The position numbers and the translations under genes were made by a program. Below, one piece after another: positions 48,101 to 63,000 of a stretch of 64,000 bases of DNA; within the stretch, counting starts at the first letter, position 1; every line of letters starts with the position of its first letter. A model generated the notes under the pieces. The model saw only the letters and a program-made list of their open reading frames with translations, ran no database searches and had not been told where the DNA came from. Source of the DNA: Eledone cirrhosa (lineage: Eukaryota); NCBI GenBank assembly GCA_964016885.1, contig OZ024744.1, positions 110,794,001 through 110,858,000 of the forward strand, read 5' to 3'.

Positions 48101-51100
48101 CTATAAATTACCTTACCCTGAACGCAGTAACACTACACAATCCACTATAACTTACTTTGTCCTGAATACAGTCAAACTACACAAACCACTATAACTTACC
48201 TTGCTCTGAAAACAGTAAAACTACACAATCCACTATAAATTACCTTGCCCTGAAAACAGTAAAACTACACAATCCACTATAAATTACCTTGCCCCGAACA
48301 CAGTAAAACTACACAATCCACTATAACTTACTTTGCCATGAACACAGTAAAACTACACAATCCACTATAACTTACCTTGCCCTGAAAACAGTAAAACTAC
48401 ACAATCCACTATAACTGAACTGGCCCTGAACACAATAAAACTACACAAACAACTATAAATTAGCTTACCCTGAACACAGTAAAACTACACAATCCACTAT
48501 AACTTACTTTGCCCTGAACACAGTAAAACTACACAAACCACTATAACTTACCTTGCCCTGAACACAGTAAAACTACACAATCCACTATAAATTACCTTGC
48601 CCTGAACACAGTAAAACTACACAATCCACTATAACTTACCTTGCCCTGAACACAGTAAAACTACACAATCCACTATACCTTACCTTGCCCTGAACACAGT
48701 AAAACTACACAATCCACTATAACTTACCTTGCTCTGAACACAGTAAAACTACACAATCCACTATACCTTACCTTGCCCTTAACACAGTAAAACTACACAA
48801 TCAACTATAGCTTACATTGCTCTGAACACAGTAAAACTACACTATCCACTATAGCTTAGCTTGCCCTGAAAACAGTAGAACTACACAATCCACTATAAGT
48901 TACCTTGCCCTGAACACATTAAAACTACACGATACACTATAACTTACCTTGCACTGAACACAGTAAAACTACACTATCCACTATAAATTACCTTGCTCTG
49001 AACACAGTAAAAATACACAATCCACTATAACTTAACTGGCCCTGAACACAGTAATCTACAGAATCCACTATAACTTACCTTGCCCAGAACAAAGTAAAAC
49101 TACGTAATCCACTATACCTTACCTTGCCCTGAAGACAGTAAAGCTACACAATCCACTATAACTTGCCTTGCTCTGAACACAGTAAAACTACACAATCCAC
49201 TATAACTTACGTTGTTCCGAACACAGTAAAACTACACAATCCACTATAGCTTACCTTGCCCTGAACACAGTAAAACTACACAATCCACTATAACTTACCT
49301 TGCCCTGAACACAGTAAAACTACACAATCCACTATAACTTACTTTGCCCTGAACACAGTAAAACTAAACAATCCACTATAACTTAACTGTCCCTGAAGAC
49401 AGTAAAACTACACAATCCACTATAACTTACCTTGCCGTGAACACAGTAAAACTAAACAATCCACTATAACTTACATTGCCCTGAACACAGTAAAACTACA
49501 CAAACCACTATAAATTACCTTGCCCTGAACACCGTAAAATTACACAATCCACTATAGTTTACCTTGCCCAGAACACAGTAAAACTACACAATCCACTATA
49601 AATTACCTTGCCTTGAACACAGTAAAACTACACAATCCACTATAACTGAACTGGCCCTGAACACAGTAAAACTACACAATCCACTATAACTTAACTGTCC
49701 CTGAACACTGTAAAACTACACAATCCACTATACCTTACCTTGCCCTGAACACAGTAAAACTACACAATCCACTATAGCTTACATTGCTCTGAACAGAGTA
49801 AAACTACACAATCCACTACAGCTTACCTTGCCCTGAAGACAGTAAAACTACACAATCCACTACAACTTACCTTGCCCTGAACACAGTAAACTACAGAATC
49901 CACTATAACTGAACTGGCCCTGAACACAGTAAAACTACACAAACAACTATAAATTACCTTACCCTGAACACAGTAAAACTACACGATCCACTATAACTTA
50001 CTTTGCCCTGAACACAGTAAAACTACACAAACCACTATAACTTACCTTGCCCTGAAAACAGTAAAACTACACAATCCACTATAAATTACCTTGCCCTGAA
50101 AACAGTAAAACTACACAATCCACTATAAATTACCTTGCCCTGAACACAGTAAAACTACACAATCCACTATAACTTACTTTGCCATGAACACAGTAAAACT
50201 ACACAATCCACTATAACTTACCTTGCCCAGAACACAGTAAACCTACACAATCCACTATAACTGAACTGGCCCTGAACACAGTAAAACTACACAATCCACT
50301 ATAACTTAACCGGCCCTTAACACAGAAAAACCACTTAATTCACTATAACTTACCTTGCTCTGAACACAGTAAAACTACACAATCCACTATAACTTACCTT
50401 GCCCTGAACACAGTAAAACTACACAATCCACTCTAACTTACTTTGCCCTGAACACAGTCAAACTACACAAACCACTATAACTTACCTTGCCCTGAAAACA
50501 GTAAAACTACACAATCCACTATAAATTACCTTGCCCTGAAAACAGTAAAACTACACAATCCACTATAAATTACCTTGCCCTGAACACAGTAAAACTACAC
50601 AATCCACTATAACTTACTTTGCCATGAACACAGTAAAACTACACAATCCACTATAAGTTACCTTGCTCTGAAAGAATTAAAACTACACAATCCCCTATAA
50701 CTTACTTTGCCCTGAACACAGCAAAACTACACAAACAACTATAAATTACCTTACCCTGAACACAGTAAAACTACACGATCCACTATAACTTACTTTGCCC
50801 TGAACACAGTAAAACTACTATAATTCACTATAACTTACCTTGCTCTGAACACAGTAAAACTACACAATCCACTATACCTAACCTTGCCCTGAACACAGTA
50901 AAACTACACAATCCACTATAACTTACCTTGCTCTGAACAAAGTAAAACTACACAATCCACTATACCTTACCTTGCCCTGAAAACAGTAAAACTACACAAT
51001 CCACTATAACTTAACTGGCCCTGAACACAGTATACTCCAGAATCCACTATAACTTACCTTGCCCAGAACAAATTAAAACTACGTAATTCACTATACCTTA

Positions 51101-54100
51101 CCTTGCCCTGAACACAGTAAAACTACACAATCCACTATAACTTACTTTGCCCTGAACACAGTAAAACTATACAAACAACTATAAATTACCTTGCTCTAAA
51201 CACAGTAAAACTACACAATCCACTATAACTTACCTTGCCCTGAACAATTTAAAACTACACAATCCACTATAACTTACCTTGCCTTGAACACAGTAAAACT
51301 ACACAATACACTATAAATTACCTTACCCTGAACGCAGTAAAACTACACAATCCACTATAACTTACTTTGTCCTGAATACAGTCAAACTACATAAACCACT
51401 ATAACTTACCTTGCTCTGAAAACAGTAAAACTACACAATCCACTATAAATTACCTTGCCCTGAAAACAGTAAAACTACACAATCCACTATAAATTACCTT
51501 GCCCCGAACACAGTAAAACTACACAATCCACTATAACTTACTTTGCCATGAACACAGTAAAACTACACAATCCACTATAACTTACCTTGCCCTGAAAACA
51601 GTAAAACTACACAATCCACTATAAATGAACTGGCCCTGAAAACAATAAAACTACACAAACAACTATAAATTAGCTTACCCTGAACACAGTAAAACTACAC
51701 AATCCACTATAACTTACTTTGCCCTGAACACAGTAAAACTACACAAACCACTATAACTTACCTTGCCCTGAAAACAGTAAAGCTACACAATCCACTATAA
51801 ATTACCTTGCCCTTAAAACAGTAAAACTACACAATCCACTATAAATTACCTTGCCCTGAACACAGTAAAACTACACAATCCACTATACCTTACCTTGCCC
51901 TGAACACAGTAAAACTACACAATCCACTATAACTGAACTGGCCCTGAACACAGTAAAACTACACAATCCACTATAACTTACCTTGCCCTGAACACACTAA
52001 AACTACACAATCCACTATAACTGAACTGGCCCTGAACACAGTAACACTACACAATCCACTATAACTGAACTGGCCCTGAACACAGTAAACTACAGAATCC
52101 ACTATAACTTACCTTGCCCTGAACACACTAAAACTACACAATCCTCTATAACTGAACTGGCCCTGAACACAGTAACACTACATAATCCACAATAACGGAA
52201 CTGGCCCTGAACACAGTAAACTACACAATCCACTATAACTTACCTTGCCTCGAACACACTATAACTACACAATCCACTATAACTGAACTGGCCCTGAACA
52301 CAGTAACACTACACAATCCACTATAACTGAACTGGCCCTGAACACAGTAAACTACAGAATCCACTATAACTTACCTTGCCCAAAACAAAGTAAAACTACG
52401 TAATCCACTATAACTTACCTTGCCCTGAACACAGTAAAACTACACAATCCACTATAGCTTACTTTGCCCTGAAAACAGTAAAACTACACAATCCACTATA
52501 ACTTACCTTGCCCTGATCACAGTAAAACTACACAATCACTATAACTTTTTTGCCCTGAACACAGTAAAACTACACAAACCACTATAAATTACCTTGCTCT
52601 AAACACAATAAAGCTAGACAATCCACTATAACTTACCTTACCCTGAACACAGGAAAACTACACAATCCACTATAACTTAACAGGCCCTGAACACAGTAAA
52701 CTACACAATCGACTATAACTTACCTTGCCCAGAACAAATTAAAACAACGTAATCCACAATACCTTACCTTGCCCTGAACACAGTAAAACTACACGATCCA
52801 CTATAACTTACTTTGCCCTGAACACAGTAAAACTACAATAACAACTATAAATTACCTTGCTCTAAACACTGTAAAACTACACAAGCGACTATAACTTACC
52901 TTGCCCTGAACACATTAAAACTACACAATCCACTATAACTTACCTTGCCCTGAACACATTAAAACTACACAATCCACTATAACTTACTTTGCCATGAACA
53001 CAGTAAAACAACACAATCCACTATAACTTACCTTGCCCTGAACACAGTAAAACTACACAATCCACTATAACTGAACTGGCCCTGAACACAGTAAAACTAC
53101 ACAAACAACTATAAATTACCTTACCCTGAACACAGTAAAACTACACAATCCACTATAACTTACTTTGCCCTGAACACAGTAAAACTACACAAACCACTAT
53201 AACTTACCTTGCCCTGAAAACAGTAAAACTACACAATCCACTATAAATTACCTTGCCCTGAAAACAGTAAAACTACACAATCCACTATAAATTACCTTGC
53301 CCTGAACACAGTAAAACTACACAATCCACTATAACTTACTTTGCCATGAACACAGTAAAACTACACAATCCACTATAACTTACCTTGCCCAGAACACAGT
53401 AAAACTACACAATCCACTATAACTGAACTGGCCCTGAACACAGTAAAACTACACAATCCACTATAACTTAACTGGCCCTGAACACAGTAAAAATACACAA
53501 TCCACTATAACTTAACTGGCCCTGAACACAGAAAAACTACTTAATTCACTATAACTTACCTTGCTCTGAACACAGTAAAATTACACAATTCACTATAATT
53601 TACCTTCTTCTGAACACAGTAAAACTACACAATCCACCATACCTAACCTTGCCCTGAACACAGTAAAACTACACAATCCACTATAACTTACCTTGCTCTG
53701 AACACAGTAAAACTACACAATCCACTATAACTTAATTGGCCCTGAACACAGTATACTACAGAATCCACTATAACTTACCTTGCCCAGAACAAATTAATAC
53801 TACGTAATCCACTATACCTTACCTTGCCCTGAACACAGTAAAACTACACAATCCACTATAACTTACTTTGCCCTGAACACAGTAAAACTACACAAACAAC
53901 TATATATTACCTTGCTCTAAACACAGTAAAACTACACAATCCACTATACCTTACCTTGCCCTGAACAATTTAAAACTACACAATCCACTATAACTTACCT
54001 TGCCTTGAACACAGTAAAACTACACAATCCACTATAAATTACCTTACCCTGAACGCAGTAAAACTACACAATCCACTATAACTTACTTTGTCCTGAATAC

Positions 54101-57050
54101 AGTCAAACTACACAAACCACTATAACTTACCTTGCTCTGAAAACAGTAAAACTACACAATCCACTATAAATTACCTTGCCCTGAAAACAGTAAAACTACA
54201 CAATCCACTATAAATTACCTTGCCCCGAACACAGTAAAACTACACAATCCACTATAACTTACTTTGCCATGAACACAGTAAAACCACACAATCCACTATA
54301 ACTTACCTTGCCCTGAAAACAGTAAAACTACACAATCCACTATAACTGAACTGGCCCTGAACACAGTAAAACTACACAAACAACTATAAATTAGCTTACC
54401 CTGAACACAGTAAAACTACACAATCCACTATAACTTACTTTGCCCTGAACACAGTAAAACTACACAAACCACTATAACTTACCTTGCCCTGAAAACAGTA
54501 AAACTACACAATCCACTATAAATTACCTTGCCGTTAAAACAGTAAAACTACACAATCCACTATAAATTACCTTGCCCTGAACACAGTAAAACTACACAAT
54601 CCACTATACCTTACCTTGCCCTGAACACAGTAAAACTACAATAACAACTATAAATTACCTTGCTCTAAACACTGTAAAACTACAGAATCTACTATAACTT
54701 ACCTTGCCCTGAACACATTAAAACTACACAATCCACTATAACTTACCTTACCCTGAACACATTAAAACTACACAATCCACTATAACTTACCTTGCTCTGA
54801 ACACAGTAAAACTACACAATCCACTATAGCTTACGTTGTTCTGAACACAGTAAAACTACACAATCCATTCTAGCTTACTTTGCACTGAACACAGTAAAAC
54901 TACACAATCCACTATAACTTACATTGCCCTGAACACAGTAAAACTACACAATCCACTATAACTTACCTTGCACTGAACACAGTAAAACTACACTATCCAC
55001 TATAAATTACCTTGCTCTGAACACAGTAAAAATACACATCCACTATAACTTAATTGGCCCTGAACACAGTAAACTACAGAATCCACTATAACTTACCTTG
55101 CCCAGAACAAAGTAAAGCTACGTAAACAACTATACCTTACCTTGCCCTGAAGACAGTAAAGCTACACAATCCATTATAACTTACCTTGCTCTGAACACAG
55201 TAAAACTACACAATCCACTATACCTTACCTTGCCCTTAACACAGTAAAGCTACACAATCCACTATAACTTACCTTTCCCTGAACACAGTAAAACTACACA
55301 ATCCACTATAACTTACCTTGCCCTGAACACAGTAAAACTACACAATCCACTATAACTTAAATGGGCCTGAACACAGTAAAACTCCACAATCCACTATAAC
55401 TTAACTGGCCCTGAACACAGTAAATTACAGAATCCACTATAACTTATCTTGCACTGAACACAGGAAAACTACACAATTCACTATAACTTAACTGGCCCTG
55501 AACACAGTAAAACTACACAATCCTCTATAACTTACCTTGCCCTGAAAACAGTAAAACTACACAATCCACTATAAATTACCTTGCCCTGAACACAGTAAAA
55601 CTACACAATCCACTATAACTTACTTTGCCATCAACACAGTAAAACTACACAATCCACTATAACTTACCTTGCCCTGAACACATTAAAACTACACAATCCA
55701 CTATAACTTACCTTGCCCTGAACACAGTAAAACTACACAATCCACTATAAATTACCTTGCCCTGAACACAGTAAAACTACACAATCCACTATAACTTACC
55801 TTGCCCTGAACACAGTAAAACTACACAATCCACTATACCTTACCTTGCCCTGAACACAGTAAAACTACACAATCCACTATAACTTACCTTGCTCTGAACT
55901 CAGTAAAACTACACAATCCACTATACCTTACCTTGCCCTTAACACAGTAAAACTACACAATCAACTATAGCTTACATTGCTCTGAACACAGTAAAACTAC
56001 ACTATCCACTATAGCTTAGCTTGCCCTGAAAACAGTAGAACTACACAATCCACTATAAGTTACCTTGCCCTGAACACATTAAAACTACACGATACACTAT
56101 AACTTACCTTGCACTGAACACAGTAAAACTACACTATCCACTATAAATTACCTTGCTCTGAACACAGTAAAAATACACAATCCACTATAACTTAACTGGC
56201 CCTGAACACAGTAATCTACAGAATCCACTATAACTTACCTTGCCCAGAACAAAGTAAAACTACGTAATCCACTATACCTTACCTTGCCCTGAAGACAGTA
56301 AAGCTACACAATCCACTATAACTTGCCTTGCTCTGAACACAGTAAAACTACACAATCCACTATAACTTACGTTGTTCCGAACACAGTAAAACTACACTAT
56401 CCACTATAGCTTACCTTGCCCTGAACACAGTAAAACTACACAATCCACTATAACTTACCTTGCCCTGAACACAGTAAAACTACACAATCCACTATAACTT
56501 ACTTTGCCCTGAACACAGTAAAACTAAACAATCCACTATAACTTAACTGTCCCTGAAGACAGTAAAACTACACAATCCACTATAACTTACCTTGCCGTGA
56601 ACACAGTAAAACTAAACAATCCACTATAACTTACATTGCCCTGAACACAGTAAAACTACACAAACCACTATAAATTACCTTGCCCTGAACACCGTAAAAT
56701 TACACAATCCACTATAGTTTACCTTGCCCAGAACACAGTAAAACTACACAATCCACTATAAATTACCTTGCCTTGAACACAGTAAAACTACACAATCCAC
56801 TATAACTGAACTGGCCCTGAACACAGTAAAACTACACAATCCACTATAACTTAACTGTCCCTGAACACTGTAAAACTACACAATCCACTATACCTTACCT
56901 TGCCCTGAACACAGTAAAACTACACAATCCACTATAGCTTACATTGCTCTGAACAGAGTAAAACTACACAATCCACTACAGCTTACCTTGCCCTGAAGAC
57001 AGTAAAACTACACAATCCACTACAACTTACCTTGCCCTGAACACAGTAAA
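39180..57050. repeat. Large higher-order duplication (~39.2-46.8 kb copied at ~49.9-57.05 kb; offset ~10.3-10.85 kb)
   Basis: Offset 10806: ACGGAACTGG 41389/52195, GCCTCGAA 41441/52247. Offset 10282, after a ~610-bp deletion near 54640: TTAAATGGGCC 45075/55357, CAGTAGAAC 45751/56033. Confidence 0.85.
45430..51770. repeat. Tandem ~3.1-3.2 kb higher-order duplication
   Basis: CAGTAGAAC 45751/48873 (offset 3122); GAAAGAATT 47460/50670 and TACTCCAG 47823/51033 (offset 3210). Confidence 0.85.
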
Positions 57051-60000
57051 CTACAGAATACACTATAACTTACCTTGCCCTGATCACACTACATCTACAC
57101 AATGACTATAACTTTTTTTTCCCTGAACATAGTAAAACTACACAAACCACTATAAATTACCTTGCTCTAAACACAGTAAAGCTAGACAATCCACTATAAC
57201 TTACCTTGCCCTGAACACAGTAAAACTACACAATCCACTATAACTTAACTGGCCCTGAACAAAGTAAAAATACACAATCCACTATAACTTAACTGGCCCT
57301 GAACACAGTAAAACTACACAATCCATTATAACTTACCTTGCCCTGAACACACTAAACTACAGAATCCACTATAACTTACCTTGCTCTGAACACAGGAAAA
57401 CTACACAATCAACTATAACTTAACTGGGCCTGAACACAGTAAAACAACACAATCCACTATAAGTTACCTTGCTCTGAACACAGTAAAACTACACAATCCA
57501 CTATTACTTAACTGGCCCTGAACACAGTAAAACTACACAATCCACTATAACTTACCTTGCCGTGAACACAGTAAAACTACACAATCCACTATAACTTACA
57601 TTGCCCTGAACACAGTAAAACTACACAAACCACTATAAATTACCTTGCCCTGAACACAGTAAAACTACACAATCCACTATAGTTTACCTTGCCCTGAACA
57701 CACTCAAACTACACAATCCTCTATAACTTATCTTGCCCTGAACACAGTAAAACTACTTAATTCACTATAACTTACATTGCGCTGAACACAGTAAAACTAC
57801 ACAATCCACTATACCTTACCTTGCCCTGAACACAGTAAAACTACACAATCCACTATAACTTACCTTGCTCTGAACACATTAAAACTACACAATCCACTAT
57901 ACCTTACCTTACCCTTAACACAGTAAAACTACACAACCAACTATAGCTTACATTGCTCTGAACACAGTAAAACTACACAATCCACTATAGCTTAGCTTGC
58001 CCTGAAAACAGTAGAACTACACAATCCACTATAAGTTACCTTGCCCTGAACACATTAAAACTACACAATCCACTATAACTTACCTTGCACTGAACACAGT
58101 AAAACTACACTATCCACTATAAATTACCTTGCTCTGAACACAGTAAAAATACACAATCCACTATAACTTAACTGGCCCTGAACACAGTAAACTACAGAAT
58201 CTACTATAACTTACCTTGCCGAGAACAAAGTAAAACTACGTAATCCACTATAACTTACCTTGCCCTGAACACAGTAAAACTACAAAATCCACTATAGCTT
58301 ACGTTGTTCTGAACACAGTAAAACTACACAATCCATTCTAGCTTACTTTGCACTGAACACAGAAAAACTACACAATCCACTATAACTTACATTGCCCTGA
58401 ACACAGTAAAAATACACAATCCACTATAACTTAACTGGCCCTGAACACAGTAAACTACACAATCCACTATAACTTACCTTGCCCAGAACAAAGTAAAACT
58501 ACACAAACCACTATAAATTACCTTGCTCTAAACACAGTAAAACTACACAATCCACTATAACTTACCTTGCCCTGAACACAGTAAAACTACACAATCCACT
58601 ATAACTTAACTGGGCCTGAACACAGTAAAACTACGTAATCCACTATACCTTACCTTGCCCTGAACACAGTAAAACTACACAATCCACTATAGCTTACGTT
58701 GTTCTGAACACAGTAAAACTACACAATCCATTCTAGCTTACCTTGACCTGAACACAGTAAAACTACACAATCCACTATAACTTAACTGGGCCTGAACACA
58801 GTAAAACTACACAATCCACTATAAATTACCTTGCCCTGAACACAGTAAAACTACACAATCCACTATAACTTACTTTGCCATCAACACAGTAAAACTACAC
58901 AATCCACTATAACTTACCTTGCCCTGAACACATTAAAACTACACAATCCACTATAACTTACCTTGCCCTGAACACAGTAAAACTACACAATCCACTATAA
59001 ATTACCTTGCCCTGAACACAGTAAAACTACACAATCCACTATAACTTAACTGGGCCTGAACACAGTAAAACTACACAATCCACTGTAACTTACCTTGCTC
59101 TGAACACAGTAAAACTACACAATCAACTATAACTTACCTTGCCCTGAATACAGTAAAACTAAACAATCCACTATAACTTACCTTGCCCTGAATACAGTAA
59201 AACTACACAATCCACTATAACTTACCTTGCCCTGAACAGAGTAAAACTAAACAAACCACTATAACTTACCTTGCTCTGAAGACAGTAAAACTACACAATC
59301 AACTATAGCTTACATTGCTCTGAAGACAGTAAAACTACACTATCCACTATAGCTTAGCTTGCCCTGAAAACAGTAGAACTACACAATCCACTATAAGTTA
59401 CCTTGCCCTGAACACATTAAAACTACACGATCCACTATAACTTTCCTTGCACTGAACACAGTAAAACTACACAATCCACTATAACTTACCTTGCCCTGAA
59501 CACAGTAAAACTACACAATCCACTATAAATTACCTTGCCCTGAACACAGTAAATCTACACAATCCACTATAACTTAACTGGGCCTGAACACAGTAAAACT
59601 ACACAATCCACTATAACTTACCTTGCTCTGAACACAGTAAAACTACACAATCCACTATAACTTACCTTGCCCTGAATACAGTAAAACTAAACAATCCACT
59701 ATAACTTACCTTGCCCTGAATACAGTAAAACTACACAATCCACTATAACTTACCTTGCCCTGAACAGAGTAAAACTAAACAAACCACTATAACCTACCTT
59801 GCTCTGAAGACAGTAAAACTACATATCAACTATAGCTTACATTGCTCTGAAGACAGTAAAACTACACTATCCACTATAGCTTAGCTTGCCCTGAAAACAG
59901 TAGAACTACACAATCCACTATAAGTTACCTTGCTCTGAACACAGTAAAACTACACAATCCACTATACCTTACCTTGCCCTTAAAACAGTAAAACTACACA

Positions 60001-63000
60001 ATCAACTATAGCTTACATTGCTCTCAACACAGTAAAACTACACAATCCACTATACCTTACATTGCACTTAAAACAGTAAAACTACACAATCCACTATAGC
60101 TTAGCTTGCCCTGAAAACAGTAAAACTACACAATCCACTATAAATTACCTTGCCCTGAACACAGTAATACTACACAATCCACTATAACTTACTTTGCCAT
60201 CAACACAGTAAAACTACACAATCCACTATAACTTACCTTGCCCTGAACACATTAAAACTACACAATCCACTATAACTTACCTTGCCCTTAACACAGTAAA
60301 ACTACACAATCAACTATAGCTTACATTGCTCTGAACACAGTAAAACTACACAATCCACTATAAGTTACCTTGCCCTGAACACATTAAAACTACACGATAC
60401 ACTATAACTTACCTTGCACTGAACACAGTAAAACTACACTATCCACTATAAATTACCTTGCTCTGAACACAGCAAAACTACACAATCCACTATAACTTAA
60501 CTGGCCCTGAACACAGTAAACTACAGAATCCACTATAACTTACCTTGCCCAGAACAAAGTAAAACTACGTAATCCACTATACCTTACCTTGCCCTGAAGA
60601 CAGTAAAGCTACACAATCCACTATAACTTACCTTTCCCTGAACACAGTAAAACTACACAATCCACTATAACTTGCCTTGCTCTGAACACAGTAAAACTAC
60701 ACAATCCACTATAACTTACGTTGTTCCGAACACAGTAAAACTACACAATCCACTATAGCTTACCTTGCCCTGAACACAGTAAAACTACACAATCCACTAT
60801 AACTTACCTTGCCCTGAACACAGTAAAACTACACAATCCAATATAACTTAACTGTCCCTGAAGACAGTAAAACTACACAATCCACTATAACTTACCTTGC
60901 CGTGAACACAGTAAAACTAAACAATCCACTATAACTTACATTGCCCTGAACACAGTAAAACTACACAAACCACTATAAATTACCTTGCCCTGAACACCGT
61001 AAAATTACACAATCCACTATAGTTTACCTTGCCCAGAACACAGTAAAACTACACAATCCACTATAAATTACCTTGCCCTGAACACAGCAAAAATACACAA
61101 TCCACTATAACTTGCCTTGCCCTGAACACAGTAAAACTACACAATCCACTATAACTTAACTGTCCCTGAACACTGTAAAACTACACAATCCACTATAGCT
61201 TATATTGCTCTGAACACAGTAAAACTACACAATCCACTACAACTTACCTTGCCCTGAACACAGTAAACTACAGAATCCACTATAACTTACCTTGCCCTGA
61301 TCACACTACATCTACACAATGACTATAACTTTTTTTTCCCTGAACATAGTAAAACTACACAAACCACTATAAATTACCTTGCTCTAAACACAGTAAAGCT
61401 AGACAATCCACTATAACTTACCTTGCCCTGAACACAGTAAAACTACACAATCCACTATAACTTAACTTGCCCTGAACAAAGTAAAAATACACAATCCACT
61501 ATAACTTAACTGGCCCTGAACACACTAAACTACAGAATCCACTATAACTTACCTTGCTCTGAACACAGGAAAACTACACAATCAACTATAACTTAACTGG
61601 GCCTGAACACAGTAAAACAACACAATCCACTATAAGTTACCTTGCCGTGAACACAGTAAAACTACACAATCCACTATAACTTACATTGCCCTGAACACAG
61701 TAAAACTACACAAACCACTATAAATTACCTTGCCCTGAACACATTAAAACTACACAATCCACTATAGTTTACCTTGCCCTGAACACAGTAAAACTACACA
61801 ATCCTCTATAACTTATCTTGCCCTGAACACAGTAAAACTACACAATCCACTATACCTTACCTTGCCCTGAACACATTAAAACTACACAATCAACTATAGC
61901 TTACCTTACCCTTAACACAGTAAAACTACACAATCAACTATAGCTTACATTGCTCTGAACACAGTAAAACTACACAATCCACTATAGCTTAGCTTGCCCT
62001 GAAAACAGTAGAACTACACAATCCACTATAAGTTACCTTGCCCTGAACACATTAAAACTACACGATCCACTATAACTTACCTTGCACTGAACACAGTAAA
62101 ACTACACTATCCACTATAAATTACCTTGCTCTGAACACAGAAAAAATACACAATCCACTATAACTTAACTGGCCCTGAACACAGTAAACTACAGAATCTA
62201 CTATAACTTACCTTGCCAAGAACAAAGTAAAACTACGTAATCCACTATACCTTACCTTGCCCTGAACACAGTAAAACTACACAATCCACTATAGCTTACG
62301 TTGTTCTGAACACAGTAAAACTACACAATCCATTCTAGCTGACTTTGCACTGAACACAGAAAAACTACACAATCCACTATAACTTACATTGCCATGAACA
62401 CAGTAAAAATACACAATCCACTATAACTTAACTGGCCCTGAACACAGTAAACTACAGAATCTACTATAACTTACCTTGCCCAGAACAAAGTAAAACTACA
62501 CAAACCACTATAAATTACCTTGCTCTAAACACAGTAAAACTACACAATCCACTATAACTTACCTTGCCCTGAACACAGTAAAACTACACAATCCACTATA
62601 ACTTAACTGGGCCTGAACACAGTAAAACTACACAATCCACTATAAATTACCTTGCCCTGAACACAGTAAAACTACACAATCCACTATAACTTACTTTGCC
62701 ATCAACACAGTAAAACTACACAATCCACTATAACTTACCTTGCCCTGAACACATTAAAACTACACAATCCACTATAACTTACCTTGCCCTGAACACAGTA
62801 AAACTACACAATCCACTATAAATTACCTTGCCCTGAACACAGTAAAACTACACAATCCACTATAACTTAACTGGCCAGGAACACAGTAAAACTACACAAT
62901 CCACTATAACTTACCTTGCTCTGAACACAGTAAAACTACACAATCCACTATAACTTACCTTGCCCTGAATACAGTAAAACTAAACAATCCACTATAACTT
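56000..63000. repeat. Older, more diverged ~4 kb higher-order duplication (~56.0-59.2 kb vs ~60.3-63.0 kb)
   Basis: The private monomer GATCACACTACATCTACACAATGACTATAAC followed by T8 occurs at 57082/61299 (offset 4217). CAGTAGAAC occurs at 58009/62006. The copies differ by several monomer indels and substitutions. Confidence 0.75.
58880..59935. repeat. Tandem 12-monomer (~528 bp) duplication
   Basis: GAACAGAGTAAAACTAAACAAACC 59234/59762 (offset 528); CAGTAGAAC 59371/59898 (offset 527). Confidence 0.8.
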
